Below, in pieces: positions 28,043 to 37,664 of a DNA stretch of 64,000 nucleotides (its first letter is position 1; the number at the start of each line of letters is the position of its first letter). The translations under genes and the position numbers were made by a program. The notes below the pieces were generated by a model that saw only the letters and a list, made by a program, of their open reading frames with translations, was not told where the DNA came from and did not search any database. Origin of the DNA: Alphaproteobacteria bacterium (lineage in GTDB: Bacteria > Pseudomonadota > Alphaproteobacteria > GCA-2731375); the NCBI GenBank assembly GCA_965232515.1, contig CBDDPY010000002.1:4672001-4736000 (forward strand), in the 5' to 3' direction.

Positions 28043-29710
28043 CTAGGCTTCCGCCGCCCGCCCTTTCAGGGCGAAGAGACCGCGCGGGCGCTTCTGGATG
28101 AACAGAATGATCAGCACCAACAGCGCGATCTTGGCCAGAACCACGCCGGCGAAGGGTTCCAGGAACTTGTTGACGAGGCCGAGGCTGAGGGCGCCCGCGA
28201 CCGTGCCCCACAGACTGCCGACGCCGCCGAACACAACCACCATGAAACTGTCGACGATAAAGCCCTGGCCCAAGTTGGGGCTGACATTGGTGATCTGACT
28301 GAGCGCGACGCCAGCCATGCCGGCGATGCCGGAGCCAAGACCAAAAGTCATGACGTCCACGCGATCGGTGGGGATGCCCATGGCCGCGCTCATGCCGCGG
28401 TTCTGGGTCACGGCGCGCATGTTCAACCCGTACTGCGTGAAGCGGATCAAGATGGCGAGCACGCCGACCACCAGGAAGGCGAACACGATGATGTAGATCC
28501 GGTTGTAGGTCAGCGCGACGCCGCCGGCCAACTCGATGGCGCCCGACATCCAATTCGGATTCGCGACCTCGCGATTGGTCGCACCAAAGATGGATCGCAC
28601 GAGTTGCTGCAGGATCAGGCTGACGCCCCAGGTCGCCAACAGCGTTTCCAATGGGCGCCCGTACAAGAAACGGATCACGCCGCGCTCGATCGCAATTCCA
28701 AAGACGCCGGCAACGAGAAACGCCGCCGGAATCGCGGCCAGCAGGTAGAGGCCGAAAAATTCGGGCGGCAAAAACGACCGAAAAACCTGCTGCACGACAA
28801 ATGTCGTGTAGGCGCCGAGCATGATCATCTCGCCGTGGGCCATGTTGATCACACCCATGACGCCGAACGTGATCGCCAGTCCGATGGCCGCGAGCAGCAG
28901 CACAGACCCGAGGCTGAGGCCGTGAAACAGGTTTTCACCGATGGTGAACAGGAAGAGCTGATTGTCGATGCGCGTCAGGGCAGCCGTCGCCGCGGAGCGC
29001 ACTGCCGCGTCCGGCTCCTGGAAATTGCCGTCGCTGTCCTGCAGCAAGAGCCGGTTTAACAGCGCTTTCACATTCGGATCGAGCGAGCCGGCGAGCACAT
29101 CGATCGCGCCGATCCGTTGTTCCGGCGTGCCGCCCGCCAATTCGGCGCCAGCAAGGCTGATAGTCAGGGCGTCGCGAACATCGACATTCGTTTCCGACTT
29201 CAGGGCATCGCGCAGCAGTCCGGCGACATCAGGGCCGGGGCTCTTGATCAGATCTCGCGCCGCCGCAAGCCGGACATCCGCATCGGCGCTGAACAAGCCG
29301 AGCCGGCCGACGGCATCGCGGATATGCTTGCGCAGCTTGTTGTTGGCGCTGATCTTCTTGACGTCTCGACGCCCGACCTCGCCGAGCCCCGCGCTCGTCA
29401 GCACGTCGGTCAACACGTAGCCACCGCCCGTTCGCGTGCCGATAACGATGGCGGTGTCTGACTTTCGCAAGAACAAACGACCGGCTGACAGGGCCCGCAA
29501 CACCGGCAGTGCCCGCCGGTCGCCCAGAGCGACGAGCCCATCGACCGCTTCGGTCTTTGCCTTGAAGCTCTTTGCATTCAACGCCTGCACGGCCTGTGCG
29601 AACGGATCGGCATGCGCATCTAGCGCTGAGATCATGAAAAGCAGCAGGCAGGCGAGCGTCGAGATGGCAAGGCGCAGGAAGCGGGCGTCCTGTTGGCGCC
29701 GTTCAATCAT
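28043..29710 (-). CDS. urtB: Urea ABC transporter permease with N-terminal HEAT-like periplasmic domain
   Basis: GLSLGSVLLLAAIGLAITFGVMGVINMAHGE, LYGRPLETLLATWG and QKRPRGLFALKGR motifs. Start uncertain. Confidence 0.93.
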   Translation of the reverse strand: MIERRQQDARFLRLAISTLACLLLFMISALDAHADPFAQAVQALNAKSFKAKTEAVDGLVALGDRRALPVLRALSAGRLFLRKSDTAIVIGTRTGGGYVLTDVLTSAGLGEVGRRDVKKISANNKLRKHIRDAVGRLGLFSADADVRLAAARDLIKSPGPDVAGLLRDALKSETNVDVRDALTISLAGAELAGGTPEQRIGAIDVLAGSLDPNVKALLNRLLLQDSDGNFQEPDAAVRSAATAALTRIDNQLFLFTIGENLFHGLSLGSVLLLAAIGLAITFGVMGVINMAHGEMIMLGAYTTFVVQQVFRSFLPPEFFGLYLLAAIPAAFLVAGVFGIAIERGVIRFLYGRPLETLLATWGVSLILQQLVRSIFGATNREVANPNWMSGAIELAGGVALTYNRIYIIVFAFLVVGVLAILIRFTQYGLNMRAVTQNRGMSAAMGIPTDRVDVMTFGLGSGIAGMAGVALSQITNVSPNLGQGFIVDSFMVVVFGGVGSLWGTVAGALSLGLVNKFLEPFAGVVLAKIALLVLIILFIQKRPRGLFALKGRAAEA

Positions 29711-29805
29711 GTGGCTGGATGTCCACGGCATGGATAGCTGCAGCTGGCAACCGCCGCAGCCCGATGCGGTGGGGCTGCGGCGGTGTCGGCGTGCCGCAAT
29801 ACGGC

Positions 29806-31086
29806 TTAGTTGATCGCGAACTTGGGCTTGGCGCAGTTGCCGCAGACCCATGGATAGGTCCAATCGGCGGTCAGTTTCGCGCTCTCCGGGATGTAATCGC
29901 TCCAGGCATCGCCAACGACAGGCTCATCCGTGCTCCAGACGGTCTCGAACTGGCCGTCCGGCTGGATCTCGCCGATCAGCACCGGCTTCGACAGATGGTG
30001 GTTGGCGTGCATCACCGCGGTCGTGCCTGTCAGCGACATCACCGTCTGTCCATACATAGCCTGGCGGACCGCATCGACATCAGTGGTGCCAGCCTGCTTG
30101 ACCGCCTGCACCCACATATTGAAGCCGATGTAGTGCGCCTCCATCGGATCGTTGGTCACGCGGTCCTCGCTGCCGATAAAGGCATGCCACTTCTGGATGA
30201 AGGCGTCGTTCTCCTTCGTATCGACCGACATGAAATAGTTCCATGCCGCCAAGTGACCAACCAGCGGTTCGGCGTCGAGGCCGGCCAGCTCTTCCTCGCC
30301 GACCGAGAACGCCACGACCGGAATGTCTTCGGCCTTGATGCCCTGGTTTGCGAGTTCCTTGTAGAAGGGCACGTTGGCGTCGCCGTTGATGGTCGATACG
30401 ACGGCCGTCTTCTTGCCCTGCGCAGCGAACTTCTTGACCTCGGCGACGATGGTCTGCCAATCGGAATGACCGAACGGCGTGTACTCCTCCATGATGTCGT
30501 CGTCACCGACGCCTTTGGCATTCAGAAAGGCGCGCAGGATTTTGTTCGTCGTGCGCGGATAGACATAGTCGGTGCCCAGCAACACCCAGCGTTCGGCGCC
30601 GCCGCCGTCCTCGCTCATCAAATACTCGACCGCGGGGATTGCCTGCTGGTTCGGCGCCGCGCCGGTGTAAAAGACGTTGCGCGACGATTCCTCGCCCTCG
30701 TATTGCACGGGATAGAAAAGGAGTCCGTTCAGCTCCTCGAACACCGGCAGCACCGACTTGCGCGACACCGACGTCCAGCAACCGAAGACCACCGCGACCT
30801 TCTCAACCTCGATCAGCTCGCGCGCCTTCTCGGCGAACAGTGGCCAGTCGGAGGCCGGGTCGACGACCACCGGCTCGATCTTTTTCCCGAGCAGGCCGCC
30901 GTTTGCATTCAAATCGTCGATCAGCATGAGCACCGCGTCCTTCAACGTCGTCTCGCTGATCGCCATGGTCCCAGACAATGAGTGCAGAACGCCGACCTTG
31001 ATCGTGTCCTCGGCCTTCGCCGCACCGGTCATCGACGCCGCCGCCAGGGCTCCGGCCGTCGCGATCGCACGAAGCGCTTTTTTCAT
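29806..31086 (-). CDS. urtA: Urea ABC transporter substrate-binding protein
   Basis: IKVGVLHSLSGTMAISE, FGCWTSVSRKSVLP, YPVQYEGEE and GTDYVYPRTTN motifs. Confidence 0.96.
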   Translation of the reverse strand: MKKALRAIATAGALAAASMTGAAKAEDTIKVGVLHSLSGTMAISETTLKDAVLMLIDDLNANGGLLGKKIEPVVVDPASDWPLFAEKARELIEVEKVAVVFGCWTSVSRKSVLPVFEELNGLLFYPVQYEGEESSRNVFYTGAAPNQQAIPAVEYLMSEDGGGAERWVLLGTDYVYPRTTNKILRAFLNAKGVGDDDIMEEYTPFGHSDWQTIVAEVKKFAAQGKKTAVVSTINGDANVPFYKELANQGIKAEDIPVVAFSVGEEELAGLDAEPLVGHLAAWNYFMSVDTKENDAFIQKWHAFIGSEDRVTNDPMEAHYIGFNMWVQAVKQAGTTDVDAVRQAMYGQTVMSLTGTTAVMHANHHLSKPVLIGEIQPDGQFETVWSTDEPVVGDAWSDYIPESAKLTADWTYPWVCGNCAKPKFAIN

Positions 31087-31135
31087 CTGCTTTCAACCTC
31101 CACCACGGGTTCATTCTTGTGATGGGGTTGATACG

Positions 31136-31150
31136 GCAACAATCATGCCA
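31136..31150 (-). promoter_or_regulatory. Sigma-54 (-24/-12) promoter of urtA
   Basis: Minus strand reads TGGCAT-GATTG-TTGC, matching TGGCAC-N5-TTGC, 50 bp upstream of urtA. Confidence 0.8.
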
Positions 31151-31229
31151 CCTTCGGTCGATGCGCCGGGCGCGGCATAACCCGCTGAAAACTGCCGAGA
31201 TGCACATTCGAGTGAGGAATCATCGTGCT

Positions 31230-31275
31230 TGCTGAATGTGTGTGCAGCGTAGTCACGTTGCACATAAATGCGTCA
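31230..31275. promoter_or_regulatory. Two imperfect NtrC-type binding sites
   Basis: TGCTGAATGTGTGTGCA (31230-31246) and TGCACATAAATGCGTCA (31259-31275) versus TGCAC-N7-GTGCA, 80-125 bp upstream of the sigma-54 site. Confidence 0.5.
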
Positions 31276-31340
31276 GATTGCGCCTTCCTCGGTCGGCGAG
31301 GAGCAAGCGTCACCGATCGTCAGGGTGATGGGTTCGTCTC

Positions 31341-31952
31341 TCAGACCCCCTGCGCAGGACCTCGTGTCTTCAGCCCCGCCAACAGGGTGACGATCATCTC
31401 GTCCGCCAGGTTCGACACCGTGTCGGTCGAGATCAGATTGAGCTTGTTGGTAAGGCCGAGCGAACAGATGCCATGCAGGGCGGACCACAATATGCGGGCG
31501 GTCCGGCGCCGGTTTGCGATTGCGTTTGGCGGGAACAATGGATCGATGACCAACTCGACGACCTCGAACAGCTGGCTCAGCTTCTTCAGGTACCAGACCG
31601 GCAGCTCCCGGCCGGAAGGCAGACGGTGCTCGAACAGCGCCAGCCAGAGGTTCTTGTTTGCCTCGGTGAATGAGATGTACCGCTCGGCCAACCCCAGAAG
31701 CTGCGCTTCGGTATCCGCGTCTTCTGTTCGGCCTTCGGTGATCGCGGCGTAGAGGCTGTCTAGGGTCAGGCCATGCACCTCGACCAGCAGATCGTCCAGA
31801 TCGATGACGACGTTGTAGATACTGCCGACGGCACAGCCGACGCCATTTGCCAGACGCCGAGCGGTCAATCCCTGCAGGCCTTCCTCATGAATGAGACGCC
31901 GTGCGTATTCGATCAATTCGTTTCGGAGGTTTTCACGCGGCTTTCTTGGCAA
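31341..31952 (-). CDS. TetR/AcrR family regulator (WHG-type C-terminal domain)
   Basis: EEGLQGLTARRLA..VGCAVGSIYN HTH and LWSALHG motif. Confidence 0.9.
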   Translation of the reverse strand: MPRKPRENLRNELIEYARRLIHEEGLQGLTARRLANGVGCAVGSIYNVVIDLDDLLVEVHGLTLDSLYAAITEGRTEDADTEAQLLGLAERYISFTEANKNLWLALFEHRLPSGRELPVWYLKKLSQLFEVVELVIDPLFPPNAIANRRRTARILWSALHGICSLGLTNKLNLISTDTVSNLADEMIVTLLAGLKTRGPAQGV

Positions 31953-32088
31953 TCCTTTCCTCCGGCAGGTTCGCGTGGACAGGTGTCGTCTGGCGATTCA
32001 GGCTAAGTGCAAGACATACAACAAAATTGTCGGTCTGAGGTGTTGTCGCGAACCGCCTTGTTGAAATGCCGCGCTGTGGTCCTATATT

Positions 32089-32101
32089 TGAACGATGTTC
32101 A
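32089..32101. promoter_or_regulatory. Candidate TetR operator between the divergent tetR and MFS-acyltransferase genes
   Basis: TGAAC-GAT-GTTCA inverted repeat with AT-rich flanks. Confidence 0.45.
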
Positions 32102-32188
32102 TTTAAGCATTTGGGCCGACGCGGCCGGCCCTCGCGATAGATCGCAAGGAAACGGTTCGTTAATTACGATTGACGTTGGATGGGGACC

Positions 32189-34066
32189 ATGCGCGAGCAC
32201 AGTCAATTCACCCTCTTGGCGACCCGGCGGTTCCTGCCGATTTTCCTGACACAGTTTCTGGGCGCCTTTAACGACAACCTGTTCAAGAACGCCCTGCTGA
32301 TCCTGGTGGTGTTCTCGGCCTCGGCCGAAACCGGCAATTTCCTCGTCAATCTCTGTGCCGGCCTGTTTATCCTGCCATTCTTCCTGTTGTCCGCGCTGGC
32401 CGGTCAGGTCGCCGAGAAATTCGAAAAAGCGAAGCTGATCCAGCTTATCAAGCTGGGCGAAATCGGGATCATGGTGTTGGGCGCCATCGCGTTGATGACC
32501 GACAACCTGCCGATGCTGATTGCCCTGCTGTTTTTGATGGGCGCGCAGTCGACGTTCTTCGGGCCCGTGAAATACAGCATTCTGCCGCAGCAGTTGCGCG
32601 ATCACGAACTGGTCGGTGGCAACGGTCTGGTCGAGATGGGCACGTTTCTGGCGATCCTGTTCGGCACCATTGCCGGCGGCGTCCTGATCGCTCAGGACGA
32701 CGGCCGCACGATCGTTGCGGCAGGCGTGGTCGTCTGCGCCATTGCCGGCTGGCTGACCAGCCGGCCGATCCCGAAGGCGGCGGCCGCGGCGCCTGATCTG
32801 AAGATCGGTTGGAATCCGGTGACGGAGACGATGAACATCATCAGGATCGCCGGCCGGCGGGCCGCGGTGTTCAAGTCGATCCTGGGCATCTCGTGGTTCT
32901 GGATGCTGGGCGCCGCCTATCTGACGCAGCTGCCGAACTTCACCCGGCTGACGCTGGGCGGCGACGCCGAGGTCGTGACGCTGCTGCTGGCCGTGTTCTC
33001 GGTGGGTATCGGCGTCGGATCGCTACTGTGCGAACGGTTGTCCGGGCACAAGGTCGAACTCGGTCTGGTACCGTTCGGGTCGATCGGTTTGAGCCTCTTC
33101 GGCTTCGACCTCTACGTTGCCGCCAATACGCCCTGGCCGGACGAGACGCTGCGCGGCCTGCTGCCGTTCGTTCAGGACCCCGGCAACTGGCGGGTGCTGT
33201 TCGACCTGGCGATGATCGGCGTGTTCGGCGGTTTCTATATCGTGCCGCTCTACGCCATCATTCAGAACCGGACCGAGCCGGAGTTCCGCGGCCGCGTGAT
33301 CGCCGCCAACAACATCATGAACGCGCTGTTCATGGTCGCCGCGGCGCTGCTCGCCATTCTTCTGCTGAATGTGGCGGGCCTGTCTATTCCCGTGTTCTTC
33401 CTGGTTATGGCGATCATAAATGTCGGTGTCGCCATCTACATCTACAGCCTGGTGCCGGAATTCTTCATGCGCTTCCTGGTCTGGCTGCTGACCAGCACGC
33501 TGTACCGGATCCGGCGCAGCGACCTCGACAAGATCCCCGAAGAGGGCGCGGCGCTACTGGTGTGCAACCATGTGAGCTACGTCGACGCGCTGATCATTGC
33601 CGGCTCGTGCCGTCGCCCGGTGCGGTTTGTGATGGACGCACGGATCTATAGCCTGCCGGTGCTGCGCTTTATCTGCCGGACGGCCGGCGCCATCCCGATC
33701 CTGTCCCAGCGGAAGGATCCGGAAACCTACGAGCGGGCCTTTCAAAAGATCGACGATTACCTCAAGGCTGGCGAGGTGGTGTGCATCTTTCCGGAAGGCA
33801 TGCTGACGCTAGATGGTGATATCAACGAATTTCGGCCGGGCGTGATGCGCATCCTCAAGGAGAACCCCGTGCCGGTCGTACCGTTGGCACTGCGCGGCCT
33901 TTGGGGCAGCTTCTTCAGTCGGGCCGATCTGCGCCGCAAATTCCGCTGGTTGCGGGAGTTCAAGCTGCGTATCGAACTGGTCGCCGGGGACATGATCGCG
34001 CCCGAGCAGGTCGCGCCCGACGTTCTGCAGACCAAAGTCTCGGCCTTGCGGGGCAACTGGGCCTGA
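32189..34066 (+). CDS. LplT-like MFS transporter fused to a PlsC-type acyltransferase
   Basis: TQFLGAFNDNLFKN, FFGPVKYSILPQ, then NHVSYVD and IFPEG acyltransferase motifs. Confidence 0.92.
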   Translation: MREHSQFTLLATRRFLPIFLTQFLGAFNDNLFKNALLILVVFSASAETGNFLVNLCAGLFILPFFLLSALAGQVAEKFEKAKLIQLIKLGEIGIMVLGAIALMTDNLPMLIALLFLMGAQSTFFGPVKYSILPQQLRDHELVGGNGLVEMGTFLAILFGTIAGGVLIAQDDGRTIVAAGVVVCAIAGWLTSRPIPKAAAAAPDLKIGWNPVTETMNIIRIAGRRAAVFKSILGISWFWMLGAAYLTQLPNFTRLTLGGDAEVVTLLLAVFSVGIGVGSLLCERLSGHKVELGLVPFGSIGLSLFGFDLYVAANTPWPDETLRGLLPFVQDPGNWRVLFDLAMIGVFGGFYIVPLYAIIQNRTEPEFRGRVIAANNIMNALFMVAAALLAILLLNVAGLSIPVFFLVMAIINVGVAIYIYSLVPEFFMRFLVWLLTSTLYRIRRSDLDKIPEEGAALLVCNHVSYVDALIIAGSCRRPVRFVMDARIYSLPVLRFICRTAGAIPILSQRKDPETYERAFQKIDDYLKAGEVVCIFPEGMLTLDGDINEFRPGVMRILKENPVPVVPLALRGLWGSFFSRADLRRKFRWLREFKLRIELVAGDMIAPEQVAPDVLQTKVSALRGNWA

Positions 34067-34146
34067 GTCGCTTTGTCCAAACGCGCGTGCAATCGCGATG
34101 CCGACACGATCAGGACGTCGCAAGGGATCTGGTGTAGCATCAAGAG

Positions 34147-34467
34147 ATGAAGAAGGAGGCCGAGACGGCGCTGCTGGGCACGAACCCGCGGCGATTTCGA
34201 ACGATCGCGCTGCTGGTGTCGGCGGCACTGCTGGTCCTGTTTGCGATCGTCTGGCTGAACCGGTTCGGCTACGAACAAATCACGACGCCCTACGGCGATG
34301 AGATCGCGGTCCGGGTCGACAAGCTGACGGGCAAGGCCTGCGTTATGTCGGCGCCGGAAAACCTGACCTCGGAGCAGCTGATCCGGGATGTGGGATACGG
34401 TCGCTGCGTCGGTCGGCGGATCGCGACAGCGCCGGCAGATGACGCCGCGCGTCAATCGCCGGATTGA
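34147..34467 (+). CDS. Hypothetical single-pass membrane protein
   Basis: One TM segment followed by VRVDKLTGKAC. Confidence 0.6.
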   Translation: MKKEAETALLGTNPRRFRTIALLVSAALLVLFAIVWLNRFGYEQITTPYGDEIAVRVDKLTGKACVMSAPENLTSEQLIRDVGYGRCVGRRIATAPADDAARQSPD

Positions 34468-34542
34468 CAATGGCCATCGATCACCCCCCTTCATATCTTC
34501 TTTGGCGACATTTTTCAGGCCTCTGGTTTCACGGTCTCGGGC

Positions 34543-37110
34543 GTGAACAACGATACTGGCGGTACGGTGACATTCGACACGGCGCCGGCATCGGGCGTCA
34601 TCGTCACGCTGCGCCAGGAGGTGCCGCTCGACCAGCCGTCAGCGCTGCCGAACCAGGGGCCGTTCCCCTCGCAGACGGTCGAGACGCAGATCGCCGACCG
34701 CATCGTCATGCAGAACAAGCAGCAGCAGGAGGAGCTTGATCGCTCGGTGAAGGTGGCGGTGTCGTCGACCTTGACGGAACTGGACCTGACGCCGGCGCCG
34801 GGGCAGTTCGTGGCCTGGAACCAGGCTGGCGATGCGCTGATCGGGACGGATGCGACGCCGAACACGGTGCCGGTCTCGACCTTCGGCGCCACGCTGGTCG
34901 ACGACCCGGACGCCTCGGCCGCCCTGACGACGCTCGGGTATTCCGACTACGTCAAGAACAATCTGATCGCCTCGTCCTCGGCCGATGCGCACCTAACCAC
35001 GCTGTTGCCGGCGATCGACACGGTGCTGGAGACCACCACCGGCCTGGTCGACGTCGGCGTGTTCCATCCGGCGATTGACGAGCATCCCGAGTGGTACGAC
35101 GGCGTCACTGGCGCGCGCAGCCGCTTCATGATGGTCACGGCCCAGACCGCCGGCGGCAACTCGACGGTGAAGATCTGGGATCTGACCGTCGCGACGCCGG
35201 TCGTCCTGCAGAGCGAAACGCTCAACAACTCCGTCGTCTCGGCGATCTCGGACATAAAGGGCGGCGTGATCGCCATCGCGACCGAAGACGGCCTGTTCCG
35301 CCGTGGCTGGACGAGGACCGGGTTCGGTACACTGCGGGACGGCCTGCCGGACCCGATCACCAGCAGCACGGTCCCGGCGCTGACGAACAACGATCTCGAC
35401 GACGTGTGCATCGGCTACAGCGACCGGCCGGCCGCCAACCCGGCGACGAGCGGCAAGAAGCCGACGATCGGCGGCATCTATGGCACGGGCGCCGACGCAG
35501 CTTTCATCCTGAAAGACGACGGTCAATCGTTTGATCAAGCCGGTACCGTCGGCGATGTCGGCTGTGGGATCTCGGTGGGATGGTTCTATTATTCGGAGGC
35601 GCCAGCGTCTCACCGAATGATAACCACGCGGATCTCGGAAATCACCGGTGATGACTGGGCGCAGTTTATCTTCCTGGAAAACGACCAAGACCCCTACGGC
35701 TTTGGCGCCGACAACGGGTTCGACATCACACCGGCGCAGGACTTTGCCGGCGCGTCCGTAGATGGCCTGACCATCGGCAAAGTCCTAGGCGACAATCGAG
35801 AGGTCGACGAACGGTTCACGGCGCTGGTCAATCGGACGTATACCACTGGCTGGCTCGTCGGCGACATCCGCGGTGCATGGCTGGCAAACAGCAAGACGCT
35901 GGATCGCTCGTATCTTGGCAACGCGCTGACTGAGAACGGCACGATAGTCGAGGCCGATGCCGCAACCGACGCGGAACTGAAGGTCTACAGCGGCTTTAGC
36001 GACGCCAACTATTTGAGCCGGGCATACGATGCCGATCTCGATCTCGGAACGGGCGATTACTATGTCGTCCTATGGATCAAGGCGACGACGCCCACCGGCA
36101 CCGACACGGTCATTCACCGCGACGACGCCAGTGGCAACAATCCGAACTACCGCCTCGAAATCAATTCGAGCGGTCATCTAATTTGGAACTGGGGCGTGAG
36201 GAACGGCACGGCTCATGCTCTGTCGACGGCTTCTGTTGGCATTAACTTCGCTGACGACCAGCCGCATCTTGTGCTGGCGACCAGGCGCGGCGATACGACC
36301 TACCTGTTCGTTGATGGCAGAGAGATTGTAAACACCGGCGCTGGCGGCGCGCAGACCCTTACGAGCGGCACGGCGCTGCTCTATATCGGGCGGCATCTCA
36401 GCATCACGCCTAGCGGAGCCGACACGACAGCCACGGCCCTCCTGCGAATCGGGCTCGGTACGGTCAGCGATGCGCAATTTCGGCACATGTACGAGACCGA
36501 GCGGCGGTTGTTCGAGGTCAACGCCAAGTGTCTGCTGCAGAGCAGCACGTCTGACGCGGTGCAAAGCGTAGCCATTGATCCGGTGACATCAGACCTGTTC
36601 GTCGGCCAGGCGGACAGCCTGCAGCGTTTTCAGGGCCTGTCGGTGGCGGCGGTACGCTTGGCGGCAAGCGAGACCTGGACGAGCGACGACCACAAGGGCA
36701 TCCGGGCGGCGGGCGGTGCGTTGCTGCTGGCGAACGCGGCCGAGAGCTATGCGTCGGCGCCGGCCATCGATCTGCGCGACGAGCTGGCCGCGGAAGACTT
36801 GGGAGCCCGCCCAGATCCATCCAAAGCTGGCGCATGGGTCGAATTCTCGGGCAGCGCCAGCGCGACGATACGGAACGCGTTCAACATTAGATCCGTGACG
36901 CGCACCGATACCGGCGACTACACGATCGTCTTTGCCACGCCTTTCAAGGTCGGGCCGGCCGTCAGCATCGCGTCGGGCCAGCCAAACAACATCCTGGCGT
37001 CAAATCCCGGTCGCGACCAGATCAGCGTCACGCTCACTGACGCCGCCAACACGCCGGCCGACAGTTCGTCGGTCAATGTCATCTGTTTCGGCGAGCTGGA
37101 GGACGGTTGA
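34543..37110 (+). CDS. Phage tail fibre-like protein with LamG domain, apparently 5'-truncated
   Basis: FTVSGV..GGTVTFDTAPASGVIVTL..PLDQ..DRIVMQ podovirus-type fibre N-domain (partial), LamG-like (WIK..HLVLATRRGDTTYLFVDG..LYIG), C-terminal AWVEFSG..NIRSVTRTDTGDYTIVF. Confidence 0.75.
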   Translation: MNNDTGGTVTFDTAPASGVIVTLRQEVPLDQPSALPNQGPFPSQTVETQIADRIVMQNKQQQEELDRSVKVAVSSTLTELDLTPAPGQFVAWNQAGDALIGTDATPNTVPVSTFGATLVDDPDASAALTTLGYSDYVKNNLIASSSADAHLTTLLPAIDTVLETTTGLVDVGVFHPAIDEHPEWYDGVTGARSRFMMVTAQTAGGNSTVKIWDLTVATPVVLQSETLNNSVVSAISDIKGGVIAIATEDGLFRRGWTRTGFGTLRDGLPDPITSSTVPALTNNDLDDVCIGYSDRPAANPATSGKKPTIGGIYGTGADAAFILKDDGQSFDQAGTVGDVGCGISVGWFYYSEAPASHRMITTRISEITGDDWAQFIFLENDQDPYGFGADNGFDITPAQDFAGASVDGLTIGKVLGDNREVDERFTALVNRTYTTGWLVGDIRGAWLANSKTLDRSYLGNALTENGTIVEADAATDAELKVYSGFSDANYLSRAYDADLDLGTGDYYVVLWIKATTPTGTDTVIHRDDASGNNPNYRLEINSSGHLIWNWGVRNGTAHALSTASVGINFADDQPHLVLATRRGDTTYLFVDGREIVNTGAGGAQTLTSGTALLYIGRHLSITPSGADTTATALLRIGLGTVSDAQFRHMYETERRLFEVNAKCLLQSSTSDAVQSVAIDPVTSDLFVGQADSLQRFQGLSVAAVRLAASETWTSDDHKGIRAAGGALLLANAAESYASAPAIDLRDELAAEDLGARPDPSKAGAWVEFSGSASATIRNAFNIRSVTRTDTGDYTIVFATPFKVGPAVSIASGQPNNILASNPGRDQISVTLTDAANTPADSSSVNVICFGELEDG

Positions 37111-37413
37111 TTGAGACTGTTCCTTGCCCTGCTGCTGACCGCCGGCCTTGTGGCCGGCTTTTTCGTGCCCGCCGCCGCGCAGCCGATCTGCGGGCCGCGT
37201 GACGTGATCCTGGACGGCCTGCGCGAGCGCCATGGCGAGGTGGTGATCTGGGCCGGCGAGGCGATGGGCGGCGGCTATGTCGAGCTCTACCAGAGCCAGA
37301 AGCGGACATGGAGCCTGCTGGTGACCACCGGCAAAAACACCTGCCTGTTCTCCGCTGGCGAGGACGGGCAGCAATTCCTGATGCGGTTCGGCAAATCCGG
37401 GGAGTTCCTATGA
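37111..37413 (+). CDS. Small exported two-Cys protein
   Basis: Signal peptide, CGPRD..L..RHGE..ELY.S...TWSLLVT....CL..AGE. Pattern seen in alphaproteobacterial phage and host proteins. Confidence 0.7.
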   Translation: MRLFLALLLTAGLVAGFFVPAAAQPICGPRDVILDGLRERHGEVVIWAGEAMGGGYVELYQSQKRTWSLLVTTGKNTCLFSAGEDGQQFLMRFGKSGEFL

Positions 37414-37664
37414 GTGATCACGGTTGGCATCTGAAGAAAGAGGTTTCGGTCGGCCACATCATCACCACCGCGACGATCTTCATGTCGGCGGTCGCCTATG
37501 TGATCTCGGTCGAGACCCGGTTCAAAGAGGCCGAGATGCGCGACTTGCAGATTGTCGCGCGCATGGACCGGGCGGACGCCTGGCAGCAGGAGGAGTTCGC
37601 CGAGGTCAAAACGTACCTCCGTCGGATCGAGGACAAACTGGACCGAAAGGCCGACAAGCCATGA
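37410..37664 (+). CDS. Phage single-TM + coiled-coil protein (holin-like position)
   Basis: GGAG RBS, ATGA overlap, MSDHGWHLKKEVSVGHIITT.. TM segment, ends LRRIEDKLDRKADKP. Confidence 0.7.
   Translation: MSDHGWHLKKEVSVGHIITTATIFMSAVAYVISVETRFKEAEMRDLQIVARMDRADAWQQEEFAEVKTYLRRIEDKLDRKADKP

Noticed and set aside
34465-34467. TGA of 34147-34467 is in frame with the tail-fibre ORF, so read-through or Sec fusion is possible
   Set aside because: No redox motif or SECIS-like hairpin is evident. Sharing a frame has a 1-in-3 chance, and a deletion junction is the simpler explanation.
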